From: Nitrosomonas europaea
GTDB taxonomy: Bacteria; Pseudomonadota; Gammaproteobacteria; Burkholderiales; Nitrosomonadaceae
Direction of reading: 5' to 3'
DNA length: 32,000 bases
Assembly: GCF_900167395.1 (NCBI RefSeq)
Contig: NZ_FUWK01000022.1
Coordinates: forward strand, 1-32,000
Shown here: positions 15,885-26,377 of the stretch, one piece after another
Position numbering within the stretch: position 1 is the first letter of the stretch
Layout: the number at the start of each line of letters is the position of its first letter
Translations under genes and position numbers: made by a program
Notes under the pieces: model-generated
Seen by the model: the letters and a program-made list of their open reading frames with translations, nothing else
Databases searched by the model: none
What the model was told of the DNA's origin: nothing

Positions 15885-17399
15885 ATGAAATTCCGCTACC
15901 TTCTCATCATTGTGCCCTTGCTGTTCCCTGCCCATATATTTGGACAAGAACTGCCCGATCTGGGTGATGTTTCCCAGGCCAGCGTCACCCCTCACCAGGA
16001 GCGACAGATCGGCATACAGATCATGCGCGAGATCCGCGCGGATTCCAGCTATCTGGACGACCCTGAAATTGCCGATTACCTGACCCGGCTGGGCAACCGG
16101 CTGATTGCTGCCTCAGGCCAGACCAATCCGGACAATCCGTTCGAATTTTTTGCCATCAATGATTCCTCGATCAATGCTTTTGCCCTCCCGGGCGCATTCG
16201 TGGGATTTCACAGCGGCCTGATCACCGCCGCACAGAACGAATCGGAACTGGCCGGCGTCATGGCGCATGAAATTGCGCACGTTACTCAAAAGCATCTTGC
16301 CCGAATGATCTCCGGAACCTCGTATTTAGGCCTACTCGGGTCGATCGCAGCACTGGCCATCGCCATTCTTGCTTCCCGCTCCAACCCCAATGCCGGCCAG
16401 GCAGTCCTGGCCACCGCTCAAGCCAGCGCCATACAATCCCAGCTGAATTTCACCCGCAAGCATGAAAAAGAAGCCGATCGTGTCGGATTCAACATGCTCA
16501 TCAAGGCCGGGTTCGATCCGCACGGCATGTCATCCTTCTTTGAGCGCATGCAGCATGCCAGCCGCTATTACGAAAATGGCATGCCTTCTTACCTCATGAC
16601 TCACCCGGTCACGCATGAACGTATCGCCGATATTCAGAATCGCACTCAGGAGCTGGGTTACCGGCAGGTGCCGGACAGCCTGGAATTTCATCTGGTTCGC
16701 GCCAAGATCCGTGCTTCCCGCGGTAATCCGGCTTCAGTCATCAATGAATTCAAGGCACGTCTGCAGGATAAACGCTATATCAACGAAATTGCAGAACAAT
16801 ACGGCCTGATCCAGGCTTTGCTGCGTGCGAGACAGTTCAAACAGGCAGATGAGGAATTGAATACGCTTTACCGAACCATTCAATCCGATTCTTCGGCCCA
16901 GTCACTCAAGAATCATCGTCTGGGAAAATCTATTCAGGTGGATGGGGATTATCTGCAATCCGCTGCCATGATTGAAACGCTTGCAGCACGCGTCAAATTT
17001 GCCAGTGGGCAGACCGATGACGCTTTCCGGCTGTATCAGTCTGCATTGCAATCCTTCCCGCATTATCGCGCTTTGGTTTACGGTTACGCCGATGCACTGC
17101 TGCAACACAAGGATGCACAGGCTGCGCTGGATTTCATCAATGGCCAGTCCCAGTTCATCCATGACGATATCCGGCTTTACCGGCTTACAGCCCAGTGCCA
17201 TGCCGCACTGGGAAATGCCTTGCTGCAACATCAGGCTGAAGCCGAGGCCCTGATCCGCGAAGGTAATCTGCGGGCAGCAATAGAGCAGCTCCAGATCGCT
17301 TTGCGCCATAAACATGATAATTTCTACCAATTATCCAGCGTGGAAGCACGTCTGCGACAGATCAAGGAATTCGTGGCTGCAGAGAAAGAAAAAAAATAG
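15885..17399 (+). CDS. bepA: M48-family periplasmic metalloprotease with C-terminal TPR repeats (BepA/YfgC-like)
   Basis: The start is taken at MKFRYLLIIVPLLFPAHIFG (a signal peptide); the track ORF starts 39 nt earlier. It has the HEIAHV zinc motif, EADRVG, and NAFALPG, and closely parallels E. coli BepA through the LPDLG...HEIAHVTQKHLAR region. Confidence 0.85.
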   Translation: MKFRYLLIIVPLLFPAHIFGQELPDLGDVSQASVTPHQERQIGIQIMREIRADSSYLDDPEIADYLTRLGNRLIAASGQTNPDNPFEFFAINDSSINAFALPGAFVGFHSGLITAAQNESELAGVMAHEIAHVTQKHLARMISGTSYLGLLGSIAALAIAILASRSNPNAGQAVLATAQASAIQSQLNFTRKHEKEADRVGFNMLIKAGFDPHGMSSFFERMQHASRYYENGMPSYLMTHPVTHERIADIQNRTQELGYRQVPDSLEFHLVRAKIRASRGNPASVINEFKARLQDKRYINEIAEQYGLIQALLRARQFKQADEELNTLYRTIQSDSSAQSLKNHRLGKSIQVDGDYLQSAAMIETLAARVKFASGQTDDAFRLYQSALQSFPHYRALVYGYADALLQHKDAQAALDFINGQSQFIHDDIRLYRLTAQCHAALGNALLQHQAEAEALIREGNLRAAIEQLQIALRHKHDNFYQLSSVEARLRQIKEFVAAEKEKK

Positions 17400-17473
17400 A
17401 TTCCATTCGGTCATTTCTTCTGCTAAAAATTCAGCGGCCCGATACGCCTCATTCGATATAAGGTATTGTTTTC

Positions 17474-18619
17474 ATGTTCAGCTCACGCAGAAAAATCATT
17501 CTTTTCCTGATCATCCTGTTTACGAGTGTCATTTACGGTTATTTCTCACTACAGGGGGAATCCGGAAAAATACGGTATACAACCCGGGCTGCCGACCAGG
17601 GAGATATCGTGCGCACGATATCCGCCAATGGCACGCTCACCCCGCTGGAACTGGTCGATATCGGCACACAGATCTCCGGCAGGGTGATCGAGCTGTTCGC
17701 CGATTTCAATGATCAGGTAAAAACCGGCCAGATCCTGGCAAAACTCGATCCGGCTCTGCTCAATGCGCAGCTGCAGCAATCCGAGGCCAGTCTGAAAAGT
17801 GCGCAGACTGCCTTATCGGTCACCATCAATAAAGCCAACCGCAGCCGTAACCTGATTGAAAAAGGCTTCCTCTCGAAAGAAGCAATGGATGAAGTCAAAG
17901 AATTACTCGATTCTGCACGGGCACAGGTCATCGTCAGCCAGGCACAGGTTGCACGTGATCAGGCCAACCTGGATTACAGTATCATCCGCTCACCCATTTC
18001 CGGTGTCGTCGTCGCCCGGAACGTCAATATCGGGCAGACCGTTGCCGCCAATTTCCAGACACCCACCCTGTTTCAGGTCGCGCGTGATCTGAAACAGATG
18101 CAGATCAATATCAGTGTGGCAGAAGCAGATATCGGTCAGATCCATACCGGCCAGACGATGGTATTCACCGTGGATGCGTTCCAGGATCGCGAATTCTCTG
18201 CCATCGTCAAGCAGATACGCCTCAACCCCACGGTTCAGGAAAACGTGGTGACATACAATGTCATCGCAACCGTCATCAATGAAGAGGGCACTCTGCTGCC
18301 CGGGATGACGGCCAACGTGCGTTTCATCGTCAACGAAAAAACAGAAGTATTGCGTGTACCCAATGCCGCCCTGCGCTATAAACCCAGTCTGGAAGAACTG
18401 ATCGCCACAGCGGAAACACAACCTGGCAAACGGTTGCTCTACCGGCTGGAGGGCAATCGGCCGGTAGCGATCAGTGTAACCACCGGCATTACCGACGGTA
18501 ATTTCACTGAAATTCTCTCCAATGAACTCAATGTGAACGATCCGCTCATCATCGAAGAAATGATCGGTAAAAAACAGGATAAGTCGGCTGCCAGCAATTT
18601 TAGATTCAGGATGTTCTGA
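17474..18619 (+). CDS. macA: Efflux periplasmic adaptor (membrane fusion protein), MacA-like
   Basis: 381 aa. It has an N-terminal TM anchor, a coiled-coil hairpin (LLNAQLQQSEASLKSAQ...VSQAQVARDQANLDYS), the IRSPISGVV lipoyl motif, and a beta-barrel domain. Its stop overlaps the ABC ATPase start (TGATG). Confidence 0.85.
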   Translation: MFSSRRKIILFLIILFTSVIYGYFSLQGESGKIRYTTRAADQGDIVRTISANGTLTPLELVDIGTQISGRVIELFADFNDQVKTGQILAKLDPALLNAQLQQSEASLKSAQTALSVTINKANRSRNLIEKGFLSKEAMDEVKELLDSARAQVIVSQAQVARDQANLDYSIIRSPISGVVVARNVNIGQTVAANFQTPTLFQVARDLKQMQINISVAEADIGQIHTGQTMVFTVDAFQDREFSAIVKQIRLNPTVQENVVTYNVIATVINEEGTLLPGMTANVRFIVNEKTEVLRVPNAALRYKPSLEELIATAETQPGKRLLYRLEGNRPVAISVTTGITDGNFTEILSNELNVNDPLIIEEMIGKKQDKSAASNFRFRMF

Positions 18620-19371
18620 TGATCCATCCCGGCGGTTCCAGTGAACCTTTGATTGAGGTGGAAAAGCTCTGCAAGATCTACCGGCTGGGTAACCACGCCG
18701 GTACCTCCCTCAACCTGCAGGTACTGTTCGATGTCAGTTTCACGATACGGCGTGGGGAGTTTGTCGCAATCATGGGGCATTCCGGCTCCGGAAAATCCAC
18801 TCTGATGAACATACTCGGCTGTCTGGATACGCCTACCAGCGGCCACTACCGGCTAGCAGGACACGATGTGTCAACCCTTTCCGGCAATCAGCTCGCCAGC
18901 GTGCGCAACCGGCAAATCGGTTTCGTATTCCAGGGGTTCAATCTACTCAGGCGCATGACTGCGCTGGATAACGTGGCCATTCCATTACTATACGCAGGTT
19001 ACAGCCGGGCAGAAAGTCGTCGCCGGGCAATGTCGCTGCTGCAGCAAACCGGGCTGGAAAAGTTTGTCATGCATCAACCCGGCCAACTTTCCGGGGGACA
19101 GCAACAGCGTGTCGCCATCAGTCGGGCACTGATCAATCAGCCGCAACTCATCCTTGCGGATGAACCTACCGGCAATCTGGATACCCAAACCAGCCACGAA
19201 ATCATGCAATTGTTCGACCGCCTCAATCGTGAAGAAGGCATGACGATCGTCATCGTTACGCATGAAGAAGACATTGCTGCCTGGACTCGCCGTCTGATCC
19301 GGCTCAAGGACGGGCGAATCATTGAAGACAGGCCGATAGCCAAACCAGTCGTTCCTCTTTCCAAATCATGA
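18619..19371 (+). CDS. ABC transporter ATP-binding protein (MacB/LolD-type)
   Basis: 250 aa. Motifs: Walker A GHSGSGKST, signature LSGGQQQR, Walker B LILADEPTGNLD, H-loop VTHE. Confidence 0.93.
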   Translation: MIHPGGSSEPLIEVEKLCKIYRLGNHAGTSLNLQVLFDVSFTIRRGEFVAIMGHSGSGKSTLMNILGCLDTPTSGHYRLAGHDVSTLSGNQLASVRNRQIGFVFQGFNLLRRMTALDNVAIPLLYAGYSRAESRRRAMSLLQQTGLEKFVMHQPGQLSGGQQQRVAISRALINQPQLILADEPTGNLDTQTSHEIMQLFDRLNREEGMTIVIVTHEEDIAAWTRRLIRLKDGRIIEDRPIAKPVVPLSKS

Positions 19372-20591
19372 ATTTACTGACTATCATCGGTGAGGCCACG
19401 CGGGCACTGCAGACCAACCGCCTGCGAACTGCGCTCACCATGCTCGGCATGATCATCGGCGTGGCTGCAGTGGTACTGATGCTATCCATCGGACAGGGCG
19501 CACAAACCAGCATCAACAGTGCCATTGCCTCAATGGGCAGCCATCTGCTGATCGTCATGCCCGGCGCAACTTCATCCGGCGGACTGCGCTGGGGCAGCGG
19601 CAGTGTCAAAACGCTGACCGTACAGGATGCGCACGCGATTGCAGAATTGCCCATGGTCGATGCAACCGCACCGGTGATTTCAGGTACCGCACAGCTCAAC
19701 TACGGTGCCAACAACTGGAGCACCGTGCTGACAGGCGTCACCCCGGACTATTTTTCCGTCAACAACTGGGAAATGGCCGATGGCGAGATCTTTACCGAAG
19801 GAGATTTACGCTCCGGCACCCGCGTAGCCGTGCTGGGCCAGATCACAGCAAACAGCTTGTTCGGAAACGAAGATCCAGTAGGAAAGATTGTCCGGATTGC
19901 CAACCGGCCGTTCACAGTTGTCGGCGTTCTGGTTGCCAAAGGCCAAAGCCTTTCAGGACGTGACCAGGATGATAACGTATTCATTCCGCTCACCACCGCA
20001 CAACGGCAGATCATCGGCAACCAGTTCCCCGGATCGATCAATCACATGACAGTTCGGGCAAAAACGGCAGACAGCATGGAAGCCGCCGAAGCAGAAATCA
20101 CCCGCCTGCTGCGTCAGCGCCACCGTATTAGCGCCCATATGGAAAACGATTTCACCGTTCGCAATCTGACTGCACTCGCTTCCGTGGCAAGCAACACTGC
20201 CAGGGTCATGGCATGGATGCTGGGCGCAGTTGCCTCGGTTTCTCTCCTGGTGGGAGGTATTGGCATCATGAATATCATGCTGGTATCCGTCACGGAGCGT
20301 ACTCGTGAAATTGGCATCCGTATGGCAATCGGTGCAAATCAGCGGATGATTCTCACTCAGTTCCTGCTGGAATCGCTGATGATCTGTATCCTGGGTGGGA
20401 TCACCGGTATCGCCTTGGGAATCGGGGGAGCCTGGCTGGCCAGCCGAATTGCCGAACTCGAAATTGTGATCACACCGGGAATGATCGCCCTGGCATTCTC
20501 TTTTTCCTCGATTATCGGCATTTTCTTTGGCCTGTATCCCGCCCGGAAAGCTGCTGCACTCAAACCGGTGGAAGCCCTGCGCCACGAATGA
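19368..20591 (+). CDS. ABC transporter permease, MacB periplasmic-core plus FtsX domains
   Basis: 407 aa. It has an N-terminal TM helix, a large periplasmic domain, and a C-terminal FtsX-like three-TM region (VGGIGIMNIMLVSVTERTREIGIRMAIGA). It overlaps the ATPase gene by 4 bp. Confidence 0.9.
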   Translation: MNLLTIIGEATRALQTNRLRTALTMLGMIIGVAAVVLMLSIGQGAQTSINSAIASMGSHLLIVMPGATSSGGLRWGSGSVKTLTVQDAHAIAELPMVDATAPVISGTAQLNYGANNWSTVLTGVTPDYFSVNNWEMADGEIFTEGDLRSGTRVAVLGQITANSLFGNEDPVGKIVRIANRPFTVVGVLVAKGQSLSGRDQDDNVFIPLTTAQRQIIGNQFPGSINHMTVRAKTADSMEAAEAEITRLLRQRHRISAHMENDFTVRNLTALASVASNTARVMAWMLGAVASVSLLVGGIGIMNIMLVSVTERTREIGIRMAIGANQRMILTQFLLESLMICILGGITGIALGIGGAWLASRIAELEIVITPGMIALAFSFSSIIGIFFGLYPARKAAALKPVEALRHE

Positions 20592-20750
20592 TTGTACTGC
20601 ATTCCGTACTCGGACCAGATCAGGCAGACTGTTCCGGTTGATCAGAGGTTCCCTGAAGTAATCTTTTTCGCCCGTGCAGCAACATTTGAGATTTGTTACT
20701 ATTACCGGACTGACCGGACAAAAATAGAATCAGACCGGGAAATCATTTTT

Positions 20751-20773
20751 AATCCGGCGGGTACCGCCGGATT
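20751..20773. other. Perfect 10-bp-stem hairpin AATCCGGCGG-GTA-CCGCCGGATT with no downstream T-tract on either strand
   Basis: Read directly from the sequence. It lies in the 395-bp intergenic region between the ABC permease and mrpA and is preceded by TTTTT on the plus strand. Confidence 0.3.
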
Positions 20774-20986
20774 ATCGACAGTATAATTTCCAGCAATTTG
20801 CAACTCATCACGGAACCTGTGCCCGGATCGGGATCAACGGGTTTCCGAAGTATGCCTGATACATATTTCCGGCAACTGCGAACTGTTACCCTGTCGGATA
20901 TCAGCCCGGTGCAATCACTGGTGTCGATCATCTGATTTAATTCTGCCGGCATCTCCGGCAATACCATTTACATTATTTTTCTGAGG

Positions 20987-23905
20987 ATGAACAGCGAGGA
21001 TCTCCTGTATTTTCTGATAGCGTTACCTTTCGCCGGCAGCGCATTGGCTGCAATACTGCCGGCCAATGCCCGTAATACGGAAGCGTGGCTGGCGGGTAGC
21101 GTAATGATCGCGGCGTTTATCATCGCTGCCGGCCTTTATCCATTCATTTCCGAAGGAGAAGCTCTTCGTAATGAAATCGAATGGTTGCCCGGATCTGGCC
21201 TGAACTTTACACTCAGGATGGATGGTTTCGCGTGGATGTTCTCGATGCTGATTACCGGCATCGGGTTTCTAGTGGTGCTTTATGCACGTTACTACATGTC
21301 CCCCAGAGACCCGGTTCCGCGTTTTTTCTCCTTTCTGCTGGCTTTCGCCGGTGCCATGCAGGGGATGGTCATCGCGGGCAACCTGATTCTGCTGGCCATT
21401 TTCTGGGAGCTCACCAGCATCTTTTCATTTCTGCTGATCGGCTACTGGCATCACAATGCGGCAGCACGCGAAGGAGCGCGCATGTCGCTGATCATCACAG
21501 GAACCGGTGGGCTTTGCCTGCTTGCCGGGCTGATTCTCGTCGGTCACATCGTCGGCAGCTATGACCTCGACAGCGTTCTGGCAGCAGGCGACAGAATCCG
21601 GGAGCATGCGCTGTACGTTCCTGCACTGGTACTCATCCTGTTGGGGGCACTGACCAAAAGTGCGCAGTTTCCTTTCCATTTCTGGCTGCCCAACGCAATG
21701 ACTGCCCCCACACCGGTATCCGCCTATCTGCATTCAGCCACGATGGTAAAGGCAGGTGTGTTTCTGCTCACCCGGCTGTGGCCGGTATTGTCCGGTACTG
21801 ATGAATGGTTTTTCATACTCGGGCTGGCTGGCATGAGTACGCTGCTGCTCAGCGCTTACTTCGCCATTTTCCAACAGGATCTCAAGGGATTGCTGGCCTA
21901 TTCGACCATCAGCCATCTCGGCCTGATTACCACACTACTGAGCCTCGGCAGTCCACTGGCCGCTGTAGCAGCGATTTTTCACATGATGAATCACGCTACT
22001 TTCAAGGCATCCCTGTTCATGGCTGCCGGCATTATCGATCATGAAGCCGGAACACGGGATATGCGCAAACTGAGCGGGTTGTTCAGCTACATGCCGATCA
22101 CGGCCACGCTCGCCATGGTGGCCAGTGCTGCCATGGCAGGTGTACCGCTCCTCAATGGATTCCTTTCGAAAGAAATGTTTTTTGCCGAAACACTCGGGCA
22201 ACATTCCGGTTCTGTACTGGATGGCATGCTTCCCTATGTCGCAACGATTGCAGGTGCCTTTGCCGTGACCTATTCCGTACGTTTCATCCATACCGTCTTT
22301 TTCGGTGAAAAAGCACGGGATCTCCCGCGCGAACCCCATGAACCTCCACACTGGATGCGATTGCCAATCGAGTTTCTGGTGCTGGCCTGTCTCATTGTCG
22401 GCATCATTCCGGGCATGACTGTCGGCCCTTATCTGCATACTGCCGTGACCTCGGTACTGGGTGAACACACCCCGCAATACAGTCTGGCCATATGGCATGG
22501 CATCAATACTCCGCTGATCATGAGTGTGACTGCGCTCATCGGCGGAGTGTTGCTCTATCTGGCCCTGAAAAATTATCTTGCCCGATGTGAAGATGGCCCG
22601 CCTGGTCTGAGTCATCTCAAAGGTCAGCATATTTTTGACAGGATGCTGGTTACGCTCTCGTGGCGATGGGCACGCTGGCTGGAAGAGTCTTTTGGTACAC
22701 ACCGTCTCCAGCCGCAACTGTTTCTGGTCATGCTGACTGCCTTGATTGCCGGCAGTTGGCCGTTCTTTGGAGCAGGTATCGATTTCAGTTCGCCGATACT
22801 GACTGGAATCGACCCTGTTTTTGCAATACTCTGGGGAATCGGCGTCGCCTGTGCACTTGGTGCCGCTTATCAGGCCAAATATCATCGTCTGGCTGCACTG
22901 ATCCTGATGGGAGGAGCAGGCCTCGTCACCTGTATCACCTTTGTCTGGTTTTCCGCACCTGATCTGGCGGTGACGCAGTTACTGGTAGAAATCGTCACTA
23001 CCGTTCTGATCCTGCTGGGGCTGCGCTGGCTGCCGAAAAGAGTGGCACAAATCGACAATGCTTCGACACCGGTTGCCTGGACACGCAGATTCCGGGATTT
23101 GATGCTGGCTGTCGGCTGCGGAGGGGGAATGGCACTGATAGCCTATAAAGCAATGACCAATGCACCATTGTCCGATTCGATCGCCCGATTTTTTCTGGAG
23201 CGAGCTCATTCGGAAGGAGGGGGTAACAATGTCGTCAATGTCATCCTGGTCGATTTTCGTGGTTTTGATACCTTTGGTGAAATCACCGTACTGGGCATCG
23301 TGGCACTTACCGTTTACGCACTGCTGCGGCGTTTCCGGCCTGCACCGGACAGTATCGATATTCCCGAGCAGCAGCGCAGGCAGAATGCTTTTGATGACAA
23401 TCATCCTGACCGCAGCATTGGAGAAACCGTGCACGACTATCTGATGGTACCTTCAATCGTCATGCAGTGGATGTTCCCGTTCATCATTCTGCTGGCGGTT
23501 TATTTCTTTCTGCGCGGCCATGATCTGCCAGGCGGCGGGTTTGCTGCCGGTATCACACTGGCTATCGGCATCCTGTTGCAGTACCTCGCCAGTGGAACCC
23601 GTTGGGTAGAAGACCGTCTCTATATCCGGCCGGTTCGCTGGATTGGCTCTGGTTTACTGCTGGCAGTGCTGACCGGGGTGGGATCATGGCTGTTTGGATT
23701 CCCCTTCCTGACCTCTCATTTCGATCATCTGGAAATACCATTGATCGGAGAATTACCTGTCGCCACAGCGCTGTTTTTCGATCTGGGTGTCCTGTTACTG
23801 GTTGTCGGTGCAACCGCACTGATGCTGATTGCAATAGCCCATCAATCCCTCCGCAGCTATCGCACGCGCTCCGCAGACACTGAAAAAACCGGGGAGGAAG
23901 ATTAA
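20987..23905 (+). CDS. mrpA: Monovalent cation/H+ antiporter subunit A, fused A+B type (Mrp/Mnh/Pha group 2)
   Basis: 972 aa. It has a NuoL-like proton-pump core (WELTSIFSFLLIGYWH, HSATMVKAGVFL) plus a C-terminal MnhB-like segment (LRGHDLPGGGFAAGI). Confidence 0.93.
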   Translation: MNSEDLLYFLIALPFAGSALAAILPANARNTEAWLAGSVMIAAFIIAAGLYPFISEGEALRNEIEWLPGSGLNFTLRMDGFAWMFSMLITGIGFLVVLYARYYMSPRDPVPRFFSFLLAFAGAMQGMVIAGNLILLAIFWELTSIFSFLLIGYWHHNAAAREGARMSLIITGTGGLCLLAGLILVGHIVGSYDLDSVLAAGDRIREHALYVPALVLILLGALTKSAQFPFHFWLPNAMTAPTPVSAYLHSATMVKAGVFLLTRLWPVLSGTDEWFFILGLAGMSTLLLSAYFAIFQQDLKGLLAYSTISHLGLITTLLSLGSPLAAVAAIFHMMNHATFKASLFMAAGIIDHEAGTRDMRKLSGLFSYMPITATLAMVASAAMAGVPLLNGFLSKEMFFAETLGQHSGSVLDGMLPYVATIAGAFAVTYSVRFIHTVFFGEKARDLPREPHEPPHWMRLPIEFLVLACLIVGIIPGMTVGPYLHTAVTSVLGEHTPQYSLAIWHGINTPLIMSVTALIGGVLLYLALKNYLARCEDGPPGLSHLKGQHIFDRMLVTLSWRWARWLEESFGTHRLQPQLFLVMLTALIAGSWPFFGAGIDFSSPILTGIDPVFAILWGIGVACALGAAYQAKYHRLAALILMGGAGLVTCITFVWFSAPDLAVTQLLVEIVTTVLILLGLRWLPKRVAQIDNASTPVAWTRRFRDLMLAVGCGGGMALIAYKAMTNAPLSDSIARFFLERAHSEGGGNNVVNVILVDFRGFDTFGEITVLGIVALTVYALLRRFRPAPDSIDIPEQQRRQNAFDDNHPDRSIGETVHDYLMVPSIVMQWMFPFIILLAVYFFLRGHDLPGGGFAAGITLAIGILLQYLASGTRWVEDRLYIRPVRWIGSGLLLAVLTGVGSWLFGFPFLTSHFDHLEIPLIGELPVATALFFDLGVLLLVVGATALMLIAIAHQSLRSYRTRSADTEKTGEED

Positions 23906-24249
23906 TGGAGCTGGTTCTGTCTCTCGGTATCGGCATACTGGTTGGATCAGGTGTATGGCTGCTGCTGCGTCCTCGCACCTACCAGGTCATCATCGGGCTG
24001 GGACTGGTCTCTTATGCCGTCAACCTGTTCATTTTCAGCATGGGACGGCTGGTGACAGACAAACCGCCGGTCACGCAGGCAGGTGCTCAAATTGATCCGA
24101 CAACATTTGCCGATCCGATACCTCAGGCACTGGTACTGACAGCCATTGTCATCGGTTTTGCCACGACGGCACTCTTTCTGGTTGTCCTGCTTGCCTCACG
24201 CGGTCTGACGGGCACCGATCATGTTGATGGCAAGGAACCCGACCGATGA
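23905..24249 (+). CDS. mrpC: Cation/H+ antiporter subunit C (NuoK-like)
   Basis: 114 aa with three TM helices. The start overlaps the mrpA stop (TAATG). Confidence 0.9.
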   Translation: MELVLSLGIGILVGSGVWLLLRPRTYQVIIGLGLVSYAVNLFIFSMGRLVTDKPPVTQAGAQIDPTTFADPIPQALVLTAIVIGFATTALFLVVLLASRGLTGTDHVDGKEPDR

Positions 24250-25895
24250 ATTTATCTCCGGAACACCTTGTCATTGCACCGGTTCTGATTCCATTCATCG
24301 CCGGAGTGCTGCTGCTTTTTCTCGATGATCGTGCACGGCACGTCAAAGCCTTCGTATCCGTTCTATCCACCATTGTATTGCTGGTGATATCGATCCTGCT
24401 TCTGTGCATTGTGCATACGGATAACAGTGCGAATGAAGACAGGATCGCGGTCTACCTGCTGGGTAACTGGCCACCCCCATTTGCCATCAACCTGGTGCTG
24501 GATCGCCTGTCATCGATGATGCTGGTTCTGACCGCGATGCTCGCTCTACCTTCTCTGGTATTTTCACTCGGGCGCTGGCACAAGGCCGGTGTCCATTTTC
24601 ATACCCTGTTTCTGTTGCTGCTGATGGGGTTGAATGGCGCATTCCTGACCGGAGATCTGTTCAATCTCTTCGTATTCTTTGAAGTTATGCTGGCAGCATC
24701 CTACGGTCTGGTATTACACGGATCAGGATTATTGCGGGTGAAGGCGGGGTTACACTACATTGCCATCAACCTTGTCGCTTCACTGCTGTTTCTGATCGGA
24801 GTAGCTCTGATTTACAGCGTTACCGGCACGCTCAACATGGCCGATCTGGCCATACGTATCCCGCAAATCAATGAGGCAAACCGCACGATGCTGGAATCTG
24901 GGGCAGCCATTCTGAGTGTGGCCTTTCTCATCAAGGCAGGTATGTGGCCATTGAATTTCTGGTTGCCCACGACCTACGCCGCAGCACCAGCGCCGTCAGC
25001 AGCCATTTTTGCCATCATGAGTAAAGTCGGCATTTATGTGCTGCTGCGTCTGTCACTGCTGTTTTTCGGGAGTGACCCTGGTTTTCCGGAAAGTCTGGGA
25101 GCACAGATACTGCTTTATGGCGGTCTGGCGACGATCAGCTTTGGCACTGTCGGGGTACTTGCTTCACAGACACCGGGACGGTTTGCCGGTTTTTCAGTGC
25201 TGATCTCATCCGGTACACTGCTGGCAAGCATCGGTCTGGTACAAACCGAAGTAACTGCCGGTGCCCTGTTTTATCTCGCCAGCTCCACACTGGCGATCAG
25301 CGCACTGTTCATGCTCATCGAACTGGTTGAAAGAGGGCAGAATATGGCAGCAAGCGTTCTGGCCGTTACCATGGAAGCATTCGGTTATGACGATGAAGAA
25401 ACGGAAAACGAGGAAATCATCGGAGTGGCCATTCCAAGAACGATTGCCGTGCTGGGCACATGCTTTGCCGCTTGCACCATTCTGCTGGCCGGTTTGCCGC
25501 CCCTTTCGGGTTTCATTGCCAAATTTGTCATCCTCAACGCCCTGTTCAGTCCCGGTGAATCAGGGCAGATGCACTTCATTCCCGCCACTCTCTGGTGGTT
25601 CCTGGCGCTGCTCATTTTTTCCGGGCTGGCTACCCTGATCGCCATGAGCCGCTCCGGCATACGTACTTTCTGGGCACCCCCGGTAGATACGGCACTGCCA
25701 CGGGTACTGCTGATCGAAATCGTACCGGTTGCCGCCTTGCTGTGCATGACACTCGTACTGACCATACAGGCGGGACCGGTGATGCGTTTCATGGAAGCAA
25801 CCGCAAACAGCCTGCACGCACCACGGCCATACATTGAAGGGGTCATGAAGACACAGAGTGCGGTATTACCACAGCCGATGGAAACGACAGAATGA
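24246..25895 (+). CDS. mrpD: Cation/H+ antiporter subunit D (NuoM/N-like)
   Basis: 549 aa polytopic protein with DLFNLFVFFEVMLAASY and KAGMWPLNFWLP motifs. It has an ATGA overlap with mrpC. Confidence 0.93.
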   Translation: MNLSPEHLVIAPVLIPFIAGVLLLFLDDRARHVKAFVSVLSTIVLLVISILLLCIVHTDNSANEDRIAVYLLGNWPPPFAINLVLDRLSSMMLVLTAMLALPSLVFSLGRWHKAGVHFHTLFLLLLMGLNGAFLTGDLFNLFVFFEVMLAASYGLVLHGSGLLRVKAGLHYIAINLVASLLFLIGVALIYSVTGTLNMADLAIRIPQINEANRTMLESGAAILSVAFLIKAGMWPLNFWLPTTYAAAPAPSAAIFAIMSKVGIYVLLRLSLLFFGSDPGFPESLGAQILLYGGLATISFGTVGVLASQTPGRFAGFSVLISSGTLLASIGLVQTEVTAGALFYLASSTLAISALFMLIELVERGQNMAASVLAVTMEAFGYDDEETENEEIIGVAIPRTIAVLGTCFAACTILLAGLPPLSGFIAKFVILNALFSPGESGQMHFIPATLWWFLALLIFSGLATLIAMSRSGIRTFWAPPVDTALPRVLLIEIVPVAALLCMTLVLTIQAGPVMRFMEATANSLHAPRPYIEGVMKTQSAVLPQPMETTE

Positions 25896-26377
25896 ACAGA
25901 TTGTTCCCATACCCGTTGCTGATCATCTTACTGATCATCACATGGCTGATGCTGGCCGGTTTCTCAGTCGGCCAGTTTCTGCTTGGCACCCTCACTGCAA
26001 TTATCGCCACCTGGGGACTGGCCGCGCTGCACCCGGCAAAACCACGACTCCGGCGCTGGGATTTACTGCCCAGACTCTTTGCCATCGTGTTTTACGATAT
26101 CGTGCGTTCCAACATCGCCGTAGCCGGAATCATTCTGCATGGGGGTAGAAAAGTCGGGAAATCCGGTTTCATGACCATTCCGCTCGATCTGCGCGACCCC
26201 ATGGGACTGGCCATTCTGGCCATCATCATAACGGGTACCCCCGGCACGGCCTGGATCGACTACAACTCTGCACGTAATATCCTGATACTGCATGTTTTTG
26301 ATCTGGTTGATGAGACCGCCTGGTTGAATCTGATCAAGAATCGCTATGAATACCTGTTACAGGAGATATTTGAATGA
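25892..26377 (+). CDS. mrpE: Cation/H+ antiporter subunit E
   Basis: 161 aa with MnhE-like features (ITGTPGTAWIDY) and an ATGA overlap with mrpD. Confidence 0.85.
   Translation: MNRLFPYPLLIILLIITWLMLAGFSVGQFLLGTLTAIIATWGLAALHPAKPRLRRWDLLPRLFAIVFYDIVRSNIAVAGIILHGGRKVGKSGFMTIPLDLRDPMGLAILAIIITGTPGTAWIDYNSARNILILHVFDLVDETAWLNLIKNRYEYLLQEIFE

Noticed and set aside
19953-20585. 210-aa antisense ORF within the ABC permease gene
   Set aside because: It is a shadow ORF with His/Cys/Gly-rich composition, and the sense frame has clear FtsX-domain features.
21935-22885. 316-aa antisense ORF within mrpA
   Set aside because: It is a shadow ORF opposite a polytopic membrane gene with clear NuoL-like motifs.
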